This document shows positions 9,178 to 19,484 of a DNA stretch of 64,000 bases, piece after piece (the stretch's first letter is position 1; each line of letters opens with the position of its first letter). The notes below the pieces were generated by a model. It was not told the origin of the DNA and made no database searches. It worked only from the letters and a program-made list of their open reading frames with translations. The DNA lies in NCBI GenBank assembly GCA_963666835.2, contig CAXXGO010000001.1, forward strand, positions 1,600,001-1,664,000, read 5' to 3'. Position numbers and translations under genes: made by a program. The DNA is from Phycisphaerae bacterium (GTDB taxonomy: Bacteria > Planctomycetota > Phycisphaerae > UBA1845).

Positions 9178-10359
9178 TCAGAGCTTCGCGATGATTGCGT
9201 CGATCATCTGCGTCGTTGTCGCGGCCCCCTGGTCGAGCACTTCCTGGCAGCCGGTAAGCCGCATCATGTCGTAAGTGCGGGTCTTGCCTTCCGCGATGAC
9301 CGCCGCCGTTGCTTTGCGGATTCGGTCGGCCGTCTCCGTTTCGTTGATGTGGTCCAGCATCATGCAGGCCGATAGGACCATGGCGATCGGGTTGACGATC
9401 GGAGGGTCGAGGTTCTCATATTTCGGGGCGGAGCCGTGGGTCGGCTCGAACACGGCAACTTCCTTGCCGATGTTGGCGCTGCAGGCGAAACCGAGTCCGC
9501 CGACCAGTCCGGCGAACCCGTCGGAGACGATGTCTCCGAACATGTTGCCACTGACCAGGACTCCATAGTCCTCCGGGTTCTTGGTCAGCCACATCATCTG
9601 GGCGTCGATGTTCGTTTCCCAAAGGGCGATTCCCGGATAGTCCTGTGCGGCGAGTTTGGCCTCAGCGCGCATCATGCCGGAAGTCTCGCGGATGACGTTG
9701 GGCTTCTCGCAGACGGTTACGGACTTGTAGCCGAACTTCTTGGCGTAGGCGAAGGCCTCGCGCACGATTCGACGGCAGGCCTTGCGGGTGAAGATCCGCG
9801 TCGATATCGCGAGATCCTCACTGGGGCAGTCCTTGAACCTGGCCATCCTCGGGTGCGTCTCCAGGGCGCTGCGGACGTTTGCAGGCGGGTTGGTCCATTC
9901 GACCCCGCCGTAGAGTCCCTCAGTGTTCTGCCGGAAGATCACGGCGTCGACCTTGGGCTCCACAAACCCGTCACCGTCGCGCCGAATGAAGTTCAGCGGG
10001 TTTCCGGGGAATGACTGGCACGGGCGGATGCTTATATCCAGGTCGAAGTGCTGCCGCAGGCCGACGATCGGACTGCTGTAAACAAAACCCTTGTCCCTCA
10101 GTTTCGGCGAAAGCTCTGCGGCGGCTTGGTCCTTCGGCTTGGACGTGATCGCCCCGAACAGGCCAATCTTGTGCTCTTCCAGGAGCTTGATCGTCCGCTC
10201 GGGCAGGGCGTTTCCTTCGTTGATCCAGAACTCCCATCCGATGTCCGCGTGAACGTAATCCGCTTCGAAGCCGGCGGTCTCCAAGACCTGAATGGTCCCC
10301 GGCAGAACCACCTTCCCGATGCCGTCGCCCGGCATGCTCACAATCGTCCTTTTTGCCAC
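9178..10359 (-). CDS. Isocitrate/isopropylmalate dehydrogenase family, probably homoisocitrate dehydrogenase
   Basis: PGDGIG, RQNTEGLYGGVEW, EKPNV, NMFGDIVSD, FEPTHGSAP, NPIAMVLS; adjacent to homoaconitase; GTG start with GGGGAG SD. Confidence 0.85.
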   Translation of the reverse strand: MAKRTIVSMPGDGIGKVVLPGTIQVLETAGFEADYVHADIGWEFWINEGNALPERTIKLLEEHKIGLFGAITSKPKDQAAAELSPKLRDKGFVYSSPIVGLRQHFDLDISIRPCQSFPGNPLNFIRRDGDGFVEPKVDAVIFRQNTEGLYGGVEWTNPPANVRSALETHPRMARFKDCPSEDLAISTRIFTRKACRRIVREAFAYAKKFGYKSVTVCEKPNVIRETSGMMRAEAKLAAQDYPGIALWETNIDAQMMWLTKNPEDYGVLVSGNMFGDIVSDGFAGLVGGLGFACSANIGKEVAVFEPTHGSAPKYENLDPPIVNPIAMVLSACMMLDHINETETADRIRKATAAVIAEGKTRTYDMMRLTGCQEVLDQGAATTTQMIDAIIAKL

Positions 10360-10366
10360 GGTCTAT

Positions 10367-10555
10367 CTCCCCAAAGAATGGTCGGAGTTACGGTCTCCGC
10401 AAGTTCTCTATGTCCTTTGCCGCTCGCCTTCCAAGCGTGCTCCACATACGGCGCGGGCACTCTAGGCGACGACCGACTGCTAAGCAAGCCTTGTGCCAAC
10501 AAGGTGCGCAACACGGGTGTACCGGAAACGGCTGAAGGCGAGCGTAACTCCCAAC
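10367..10555 (-). promoter_or_regulatory. Structured 5' leader with long-range stems and an SD-sequestering alternative hairpin
   Basis: Perfect inverted repeats 10384-10392/10543-10551 (9 bp) and 10421-10431/10534-10544 (11 bp); TATAAT on minus strand at 10556-10561. Confidence 0.45.
10483..10498 (-). promoter_or_regulatory. Sigma54 -24/-12 promoter candidate for the dehydrogenase-homoaconitase-cit operon
   Basis: Minus strand TGGCACAAGGCTTGCT fits TGGCAC-N5-TTGC exactly, ~125 nt upstream of the start codon. Confidence 0.55.
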
Positions 10556-10564
10556 ATTATACCT

Positions 10565-11044
10565 TCAACCGGCAGCGCCGCGGTGGGACTTGGGTCCGCC
10601 CAACGGCTGAAATAATAGAGTACATTGGCCGTTAGCTCCGGCGGCAGTCTTGCGCATTTGTCGGGTCAGCCAGTGTTCGATGACCCGCCCGACATAGGCA
10701 ACCTCCGACGCATCCAACGGGCGGCCTCGTTCGATGTGATGCCACTTGGCCAGACACGATCGACAGCACGTGGCCGTGGCGTGCTGGGCGACAAACACGG
10801 GGTGTCCGCACATAGGGGTTTGCCGGCCGTCGTTTTTCGGCGCGGCTGGCGCCAGGCGGACCTCAATGAACTTGCGACCGTGCGCCAGGACCGTTTCCAA
10901 GCCCTTGGTTTGCAGGTAAGCGGACTCGGCTCTCCCGAGGCGGAAACGTCGCCGGAAGGCCGAGCGTGCCAACCTCGCCAGCACGATCTCGATCTGCGAA
11001 TCGTCGTTCTGTTCGGCCGTCTCGTTTTGATTGGTTTCCGTCAC
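10565..11044 (-). CDS. DUF4186 family protein
   Basis: RLARSAFRRRFRL, RLAPAAPKNDGRQTP..GHPVFVAQHATATCCRSCLAKWH. Confidence 0.85.
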   Translation of the reverse strand: MTETNQNETAEQNDDSQIEIVLARLARSAFRRRFRLGRAESAYLQTKGLETVLAHGRKFIEVRLAPAAPKNDGRQTPMCGHPVFVAQHATATCCRSCLAKWHHIERGRPLDASEVAYVGRVIEHWLTRQMRKTAAGANGQCTLLFQPLGGPKSHRGAAG

Positions 11045-11121
11045 CGCCGATCATCCGTTGGAAGGGCGGTACTTCGCCCATGATGAGGCGCGCCACGACT
11101 ATCGGACCTGCCGGGCAGGCG

Positions 11122-12096
11122 TCAGAAAATCCGGCAGTCTTTGGGGAAGGCCTCATCCAAGGCCGCCGCCATATCGTCCGTTATTTCAACGCTCAACGCG
11201 TCGAGGTTCTCGCGGAGTTGATCGATGCGGGTCACTCCGAGGATGACGCTCGATACGCCGGGCTGGGCCGCCGCCCAGGCAAGGGCCAATTGAGCCCGGC
11301 TGCAGCCGGCTCGGTCCGCTTGCGTCTTGAACTTGCGGACTCGTTCTATTCTCTCGTCGGCAATGGCTTCTTCGCGGAGCCACTCCAGCCGCTGCAGACG
11401 TGACCCTTGCGGCAGACCATCGTCGTACTTGCCGGTCAACATACCGAACGCCAGCGGGCTCCACAGAACCAGCCCCATGCCGTATTCTACTGCCACCGGG
11501 CGCACGTCTTGTTCGAATTTCGCTCTAGCCAGCAAGCTGTATTGGGGCTGCTCTACCTGTGGACGATACAGGTTCGCCGCGTTGCACAGATCGTTGACCT
11601 CCCGTAGTTGGCTACCGGTCCACTCGCTTGTGCCCCAATATAGAATCTTGCCCTGGTGGATCAGGTCGTCCATTGCCCGGGCCGTTTCCTCGATCGGTGT
11701 CTCTTTGTCGAAGCGGTGGCAGAAGTATATGTCCAGATAGTCCGTGCCGATGCGGCGAAGGCTCTTGTCCACCGATTCCATGATGTGCTTGCGGGACAGG
11801 CCCCGGTTGTTGATGTGCCCGCTCATCGGGTAGAAGACCTTCGACGATATCACCAGCTCGTGACGGGGGAAGTCGCCGAGCACCTTACCCATGGCCCGCT
11901 CGGTCTCGCCGGTCGCGTAAATGTCGGCGGTGTCGAAGAAGTTGATCCCGGATTCGAAACCGGCCTGGAGGATATCCCGGACCGCCGCCTCGTCCTTCAC
12001 GCTATCCCCAAAGGTCGTCCAGCCTCCCAGGCCGAACGTGCTGACTTTCGTTCCACAGCGCCCCAGCGGGCGATAGGTCGTTTTCGACTCCGGCAT
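11122..12096 (-). CDS. Aldo/keto reductase (Kv-beta-like)
   Basis: YRPLGRCGTKVS, GINFFDTADIY, GLSRKHIMES, DYLDIYFCHRFD, LYWGTSEW; start MPESK with GGAGG SD. Confidence 0.92.
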   Translation of the reverse strand: MPESKTTYRPLGRCGTKVSTFGLGGWTTFGDSVKDEAAVRDILQAGFESGINFFDTADIYATGETERAMGKVLGDFPRHELVISSKVFYPMSGHINNRGLSRKHIMESVDKSLRRIGTDYLDIYFCHRFDKETPIEETARAMDDLIHQGKILYWGTSEWTGSQLREVNDLCNAANLYRPQVEQPQYSLLARAKFEQDVRPVAVEYGMGLVLWSPLAFGMLTGKYDDGLPQGSRLQRLEWLREEAIADERIERVRKFKTQADRAGCSRAQLALAWAAAQPGVSSVILGVTRIDQLRENLDALSVEITDDMAAALDEAFPKDCRIF

Positions 12097-12145
12097 GTGG
12101 TACCCTCCTCGGTCTGATCTCCCCCGTGAGGGACGCTGGCGTCCT

Positions 12146-12610
12146 TCACTCGGTTTCCAGGAAGACGTAGTCCGTGGGCGACATTCCCAGCCCGCGGTAC
12201 GTATTAATGGCCCGCCGGTTGTCCCGGCGAACGTAAAGCCGCAGCCCTCGTATCTCGTGCCGGCTCTGAGCCAGTTTGTGGATGTGCTCGTAGAGCGCGC
12301 GAAACACGCCCTGGCCGCGATGCTCGGGGGCCACGTAAACACTCTGAATCCACCAGAAGAAGCCGTTTCGCCAGTCACTCCACTCGGTGGTTACCATTGT
12401 CTGGCCCACCACCGTGCCGTCGACCTCGGCCAGGTAGTACGTGCCCAGCCGGGGATTGCCCAGAGCTCTTCGGACACCGTCCCCGACGGCGGCGGGGTCC
12501 AGAGTGATTCCCTCGGTTTCTGCGGCCATCGCCTGGTTGAAAGCGGCGATCGTGCGGGCGTCGGTCAGGGTTGCGTGTCGAACCACCGGGGACGTTTCGC
12601 TTGTGTCCAT
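12146..12610 (-). CDS. GNAT family N-acetyltransferase
   Basis: EWSDWRNGFFWWIQSVYVAPEHRGQGVFRALY, N.RAINTY..LGM. Confidence 0.9.
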   Translation of the reverse strand: MDTSETSPVVRHATLTDARTIAAFNQAMAAETEGITLDPAAVGDGVRRALGNPRLGTYYLAEVDGTVVGQTMVTTEWSDWRNGFFWWIQSVYVAPEHRGQGVFRALYEHIHKLAQSRHEIRGLRLYVRRDNRRAINTYRGLGMSPTDYVFLETE

Positions 12611-12837
12611 GGGACCTCCCTTGCGACGTTCCGCTCCGGCGATAGTGGTAGCCGTTGGGGCGGCGAGCCAGGTTAGGACCGGCGTCGGCGAGCAACTGCG
12701 TCCGCTCCAACCGGTCAGTTATACATCGTATCGATTCCGCCGCTGGGGACAAACGGTCGGACCCCGGTTGGTGGCCACCCTTGAGGCGTGTCGAACGCTT
12801 CCCGGTCACCACGCCTCCCGCCGGGAACGTCCGATCC

Positions 12838-12994
12838 TGTCAATATGGCACGCCGCGACGCGAGCGGCGGGTCGGTCTGCCATGCTGGCAGTCGCGCAGG
12901 GGCGGAAAGTGCCGCGGTCAGGGGGTGCAAGTCGTTATATTTCAAGGAGTTATCGTGAATACGCCGTCTTGCGAGGACTGGCCCGAGAGTTGCT
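12838..12994 (+). promoter_or_regulatory. Sigma54-type promoter region of the chaperone operon: two palindromic upstream sites, IHF-like site, -24/-12
   Basis: TGTCAatATGGCA 12838-12850 and TGCCAtgcTGGCA 12878-12890; TTTCAAGGAGTTA ~12940-12952; TGGCCCGAGAGTTGCT 12979-12994. Confidence 0.65.
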
Positions 12995-13093
12995 TTTGAT
13001 ATACCGGCGTTCGGTGCGCGATGATACGCGCGCCGGGTTTAACGATGAAAACCCGTCGGGTTTTGAGTGTTTTCGAAAGAGGAGACAGGCGAT

Positions 13094-14728
13094 ATGGCGG
13101 TCAAGCAGTTGGCCTACGAACAGGAGGCGCGGCAGGCCCTGTGGAGCGGGGTCGAGAAGTTGGCCAGTGCGGTCAAATCGACGCTCGGTCCTCGCGGCCG
13201 GAATGCTGTCATCGACAAGGGGTGGGGCGGTCCGACCGTTACGAAGGACGGCGTTACGGTGGCCGAGGAAGTCGATCTCGAAGACAAGTACGAGAATATG
13301 GGGGCTCAGCTTGTCAAAGAGGCCGCGAGCAAGACGAGTGAAGTGGCCGGTGACGGCACCACCACGGCGACCGTCCTGGCGGAAGCGATTTTTCGGCAGG
13401 GGCTCAAGAACGTAGCGGCGGGGGCCAGCGGAAACGCGATCAACCGGGGGATTGTGAAGGCCGTCGATGCCGTTATTGAGGCGGTCAAGGGGATGTCCCG
13501 TCCGGTACGGGTCAACAAACGCGAGGACATCGTCAATGTCGCGAAGATCTCGGCCAACAATGACGAGACGATCGGGAAGCTGTTGGCGGATTGCTTCGAC
13601 AAGGTGGGCAAAGACGGCGTAATCACTGTCGAGGAAGGCAAGACGGCCGATACGGTCATCGAGGTCGTGGAAGGGATGCAGTTCGACCGGGGGTTCCTTT
13701 CGCCGCACTTTGTGACGGATCAGGATGCCGTCGAGTGCGCATTGGACAGGCCGCTGATTCTCATTCATGAGGAGAAGATCAGCAGTGTCCCCAAGTTGGT
13801 TCCACTGCTGGAGAAGGTGGCCAAGGCGAAGAAACCGCTGTTGATCATCGCCGAGGACGTTGAAGGCGAGGTTCTGGCGACGTTAGTCGTGAACAAACTC
13901 CGGGGCATCCTGGATGTCTGTGCGGTCAAGGCGCCGGGTTACGGCGATCGCCGCAAGGCTATGCTGGAGGATATTGCGGCGCTGACTGGGGCGACGGCGA
14001 TAATGAAGGACCTCGGCTTGGATCTCGAGAAGGTCTCAATCAAGGATCTCGGGCAGGCCAAGAAGGTACGCATCGACTCGAATAACACGACCATCGTCGA
14101 GGGGGCCGGCTCGACAGCCGCTATCAAAGAGCGGATCACGCAAATCGGAGCGGAGATCGAATCTACAACTTCTGACTACGATCGGGAGAAGCTCGAGGAG
14201 CGTCGGGCCAAGCTGGTCGGCGGTGTCGCCCAGATCAACGTTGGGGCGGCTACCGAAACCGAACTTAAGGAAAAGAAGGCTCGGATCGAGGACGCTTTGC
14301 ACGCTACCCGGGCGGCTATTGAAGAGGGTATCGTCGTCGGTGGCGGAGTTGCCCTGCTGCGGGCGACCGAAGCTCTTGATGGGCTGAAGTTGAAGGGTGA
14401 CGAGCGTACCGGAGCGGATATCGTTCGCGCGGCGCTGGAGGCCCCCTTACGGCAGATCGCGGCGAACGCCGGGCTCAACCCCGGAGTGGTTCTGCACAAA
14501 GTCCGGGCGGGCACCGGGACGTTCGGCTTCAACGCTGAGACCGGCGAGTATACTGACCTGATGAAGGATGGCGTGATCGACCCCACCAAGGTCGTGCGTG
14601 CCGCTCTGGAGAACGGTAGTAGCGTTGCCCGCATTCTGCTCAGTGCGGATGTGTGCATTTCCGAGAAGCCGTCGGATGACGCTGACGCCGAAGCCGGGCC
14701 CGGTATGGGCGACGAAATGGACTACTAG
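13094..14728 (+). CDS. groEL: Chaperonin GroEL, paralog 1
   Basis: [52 protein letters not shown]. Confidence 0.97.
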   Translation: MAVKQLAYEQEARQALWSGVEKLASAVKSTLGPRGRNAVIDKGWGGPTVTKDGVTVAEEVDLEDKYENMGAQLVKEAASKTSEVAGDGTTTATVLAEAIFRQGLKNVAAGASGNAINRGIVKAVDAVIEAVKGMSRPVRVNKREDIVNVAKISANNDETIGKLLADCFDKVGKDGVITVEEGKTADTVIEVVEGMQFDRGFLSPHFVTDQDAVECALDRPLILIHEEKISSVPKLVPLLEKVAKAKKPLLIIAEDVEGEVLATLVVNKLRGILDVCAVKAPGYGDRRKAMLEDIAALTGATAIMKDLGLDLEKVSIKDLGQAKKVRIDSNNTTIVEGAGSTAAIKERITQIGAEIESTTSDYDREKLEERRAKLVGGVAQINVGAATETELKEKKARIEDALHATRAAIEEGIVVGGGVALLRATEALDGLKLKGDERTGADIVRAALEAPLRQIAANAGLNPGVVLHKVRAGTGTFGFNAETGEYTDLMKDGVIDPTKVVRAALENGSSVARILLSADVCISEKPSDDADAEAGPGMGDEMDY

Positions 14729-14840
14729 AAGACGGCGTTTCGCTACGCCGGGAGGAGTTGGGCAGAGACTCAACCGAACCAGGAAAGAACGAGGCGGCCG
14801 AGTCGACCTCGATCCAATAATTGACGGAGACAACCCAATC

Positions 14841-15161
14841 ATGGCAACCACAACCTCATGTAAGACGAAGATTAAGTTCCGCCCGATGGATGATCGCGTG
14901 CTGGTGCAGCCCGGCGAAGCCGAGGAGACCACCGTCGGTGGTATCATCCTGCCCGATACCGCCCGGGAAAAGCCGCAGCGCGGAGTGATTGTGGCGATGG
15001 GGCCGGGCAAGCTGCTCGACAGCGGAAAACGCGGCGAGATGTGTGTCAAGCTTGGTGACGAAGTGTTCTACGGGAAGTACTCGGGAACGGACGTCGAATT
15101 CGGCGGCGAGAAGCTCGTTGTGATCCGTGAGAACGATATTCTGGCGATTGTGGACAAGTAA
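14841..15161 (+). CDS. groES: Co-chaperonin GroES
   Basis: FRPMDDRVLV, GGIILPDTAREKPQRG, GKYSGT, IRENDILA. Confidence 0.96.
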   Translation: MATTTSCKTKIKFRPMDDRVLVQPGEAEETTVGGIILPDTAREKPQRGVIVAMGPGKLLDSGKRGEMCVKLGDEVFYGKYSGTDVEFGGEKLVVIRENDILAIVDK

Positions 15162-15216
15162 CCAGACAATCCGGCCACGGCGATTGTCGTGCCGAGCATG
15201 AAGATAGGAGTTGGCT

Positions 15217-16827
<1,611 letters not shown>

Positions 16828-16849
16828 GTTTCCTTGGGTAGATTCATTC

Positions 16850-16882
16850 CGGGGGCGGGCGTTGTCGTCCGCCCCCGTTTCT
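16850..16882 (+). terminator. Intra-operon hairpin / weak intrinsic terminator after groEL2
   Basis: CGGGGGCGGGCG-ttgt-CGTCCGCCCCCG followed by TTTCT. Confidence 0.6.
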
Positions 16883-16905
16883 CCAACATGGATCTGTAAA
16901 GAGAG

Positions 16906-18033
16906 ATGGCGGTGGCCGGCGGAAAACGCGATTTCTACGACGTGCTCGGGGTCGCCCGCGACGACGCTCCGGAAGCGATCAAGAAGGCCTATCGCCGCCT
17001 TGCGCATAAGTACCACCCCGATCGGAACACGCAGGATCCGGACGCTGAGAAGAAGTTCAAGGAGGCGGCCGAGGCCTATGAGGTTCTCTCCGATCCGCAG
17101 AAGCGGCAGCGGTACGACCAGTTCGGTCACGCCGGGCTCAGCGGCGCTGGGCTCCACGACTACAGCCACATGGGCGTCGATGACATCTTCTCGATGTTCA
17201 CCGACATCTTCGGGGGTGGCGGCCGCCGCCGACGGCGGGGGGCGGATCTGCAGACGCAGGTTGAACTTACTCTGGCGGAAGTGTCCGCCGGGGCCGAGAA
17301 GACAATCGAGTTCTCCCGCCGAGATTTCTGTGACGTTTGCGGAGGGAGTGGGGCTGCTCCCGGATCCGAAAGGAAGACCTGTCCGACCTGCGGCGGGTAC
17401 GGACAAGTGGAGCAGTCCGGAGGTCTGGGCGGATTGTTCGGAAGGGTAATCACCAATTGTCCGCATTGTGGAGGACGCGGCTCGACCATCGTCACCCCGT
17501 GCAAGACGTGCCGGGGTAATGGCACGGTGGTGAAGGACCGGGTTGTGAACGTGCATATTCCTCCGGGGATTCACGACGGGCAGGCCGTGCGGGTCCGCGG
17601 CGAGGGCGAGCCGGGCGAGGCCGGGACCGAGCGAGGAGATCTCCATTGCTACGTTCGGGTGACTCCTCATCCTTTCCTCGAGCGGAACAATAACGACGTT
17701 CTTTGCCCGATGCCGGTTAGCTTCACTCAGGCCGCTCTCGGAGCCAAGGTGGAAGTCCCCACTCTGGCGGGCAAGGCGGATCTGACGATTCCCGCCGGCA
17801 CGCAACACGGGCAGATGTTCCGGCTGCGCGGGCTCGGACTGCCGGACATGCGCACGCGGCGGACGGGGGACGAGATCGTCCAAGTGTTGGTAGAGGTTCC
17901 GCGGAAGTTGAACCGCAAGCAGGAGGGCATTCTCCGGGAGTTTGCCGAGACGGAAGACAAATCCGTCCTGCCGGAGTCGAGGGGTTTCTTCGATAAACTT
18001 GTGGACTATCTTGGTAGTCTGGGAGAAAAATAG
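16906..18033 (+). CDS. dnaJ: Chaperone DnaJ
   Basis: J domain with HPD; four CxxCxGxG repeats; C-terminal domain. Confidence 0.97.
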   Translation: MAVAGGKRDFYDVLGVARDDAPEAIKKAYRRLAHKYHPDRNTQDPDAEKKFKEAAEAYEVLSDPQKRQRYDQFGHAGLSGAGLHDYSHMGVDDIFSMFTDIFGGGGRRRRRGADLQTQVELTLAEVSAGAEKTIEFSRRDFCDVCGGSGAAPGSERKTCPTCGGYGQVEQSGGLGGLFGRVITNCPHCGGRGSTIVTPCKTCRGNGTVVKDRVVNVHIPPGIHDGQAVRVRGEGEPGEAGTERGDLHCYVRVTPHPFLERNNNDVLCPMPVSFTQAALGAKVEVPTLAGKADLTIPAGTQHGQMFRLRGLGLPDMRTRRTGDEIVQVLVEVPRKLNRKQEGILREFAETEDKSVLPESRGFFDKLVDYLGSLGEK

Positions 18034-18060
18034 GAGTCGGACGGAACCGGCGACGGGATC

Positions 18061-18696
18061 ATGAAAAAGAGGAAAGACAAGAAGACGGCAGCGGGCGATA
18101 AGCCCGAAATCGCTGAGGTCGCAGAGGAAGCCGACCCGACGGGGGCGGATGCGGAGTCTGTGGTCGTGGCGGAAGACACCGTTGAGTCGCTCCGCGAGAA
18201 GGTTGCGGCATTGGAGGATAATCTGCTTCGGGCCCGCGCCGAGGGGCAGAATCTGCAGAAACGCGCTGCCCGCGAGTACGCGGAAGCGATCCGTTTCGCC
18301 AACGCGGAGCTATTACAGTCGATTCTCGGGGTTCTGGATGACTTCGATCGGTCCTTAGCCGCGGCGGACAAGGGCGAGAGCGGTGAGGCCGTGATCGACG
18401 GGGTCCGATTGGTCCACGAGAACCTCATGAAGGCATTGCGGAGTCACGGACTCGAGGAGATCGAAGCCCTGCAGTGTCCGTTTGATCCGCATGTGCATGA
18501 GGCGATGATGCAACAACCCAGTGAGGATCACGCTCCGGGGACGGTTCTCGTCGAGATCGCCAAGGGGTATCGGCTGCGCGAGCGGGTGCTGCGCCCGGCC
18601 CGAGTGGTGGTGTCGAAAGCGGTGGCGGAAGAAGAGCCTTCGACTGCAGGTGAGGCCGCCGAGGATAAGGACGCGTCGGAAGGGGGAGCCCGGTAA
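18061..18696 (+). CDS. grpE: Nucleotide exchange factor GrpE
   Basis: LRARAE.QNLQKR, LDDFDRSL, FDPHVHEAM, KGYRLRERVLRPARVVVS. Confidence 0.95.
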   Translation: MKKRKDKKTAAGDKPEIAEVAEEADPTGADAESVVVAEDTVESLREKVAALEDNLLRARAEGQNLQKRAAREYAEAIRFANAELLQSILGVLDDFDRSLAAADKGESGEAVIDGVRLVHENLMKALRSHGLEEIEALQCPFDPHVHEAMMQQPSEDHAPGTVLVEIAKGYRLRERVLRPARVVVSKAVAEEEPSTAGEAAEDKDASEGGAR

Positions 18697-18718
18697 GGGC
18701 AATGCAGGAGTAACCGGT

Positions 18719-19069
18719 ATGCCAACCTATGAATACGAATGCACTAAATGCGGGGCGGTGACGGACGTTTTTCAGCCCATCACCGAACCGGCGCGGCGCC
18801 GGCTGAAGAAGAGCGATAAGCCGACGTGCGCGTGCGGAGCGGAAGTTATTCGCCGGATCGGCATCGGCGGCGGAATCCTCTTTCGCGGCAGCGGCTTCTA
18901 CGAAACGGATTACCGCAGCGAAAGCTACAAGAAGGCGGCCAAGGCGGAGAAGGACGCCGTCAGCGGCAAGACCAAACCTGACGACGGCAAGGCGGAGAAG
19001 AAGACTAAGAGTGGCAGCGAGAAGTCGTCGGGGGCGGAGAAGGTTGCCAAACCGTCAACTGCTGCCTGA
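18719..19069 (+). CDS. FmdB-family zinc-ribbon protein with Lys/Ser-rich tail
   Basis: MPTYEYECTKCG...CACG...GILFRGSGFYETDYRS. Confidence 0.88.
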   Translation: MPTYEYECTKCGAVTDVFQPITEPARRRLKKSDKPTCACGAEVIRRIGIGGGILFRGSGFYETDYRSESYKKAAKAEKDAVSGKTKPDDGKAEKKTKSGSEKSSGAEKVAKPSTAA

Positions 19070-19114
19070 CGGTCCGGTGGCACGCAATGAGCCCGACGTC
19101 TGGTAGAATCTGCA

Positions 19115-19306
19115 ATGCCAGTTTTTGAGTGCCCAACCTGTGGGAAGAACCTGGCGGTAGACCACCTGGAAGACGCCCCGTTCCGCCCTTTCTGCTGTGA
19201 GCGGTGCAAGCTCGTAGACCTCGGGCGGTGGTTGGATGGCACCTATCGCGTCAGCGAGCCGGACACGCCGGATGAACCGGAGGACGCCTCCGCGGGCGAC
19301 GATTGA
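19115..19306 (+). CDS. yacG: DNA gyrase inhibitor YacG
   Basis: CPTC...RPFCCERCKLVDLGRWLDGTY. Confidence 0.9.
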   Translation: MPVFECPTCGKNLAVDHLEDAPFRPFCCERCKLVDLGRWLDGTYRVSEPDTPDEPEDASAGDD

Positions 19307-19484
19307 CTACCGGTCGGTTCACGCGGACATTCCTCTTCAGAAGCCTTGGAAGTGCCCCGTCCGCACGCCGCACCCCGGGATCCGCCAATATTGATTGGGA
19401 TGCGCGGCTTCGCAGAGAAAACGGGCACCTCAGGGAGGTATTCCCCGAGATGCCCGTGTCTTACTCCGCTTATGCGGCCAAAAC

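Noticed and set aside
7263..10359. leuB/leuCD leucine biosynthesis call
   Set aside because: No leuA or ilv context, the dehydrogenase lacks typical LeuB signatures, and linkage to homoaconitase argues otherwise.
10384..10555. Lysine riboswitch, 6S RNA or SRP RNA identity for the structured leader
   Set aside because: It lacks the AGAGG-type lysine riboswitch start, a symmetric 6S central bubble and the SRP GGAA/AGCAG motif; kept as an unclassified element.
12700..13093. CIRCE/HrcA operator before groEL
   Set aside because: No TTAGCACTC-N9-GAGTGCTAA match is visible.
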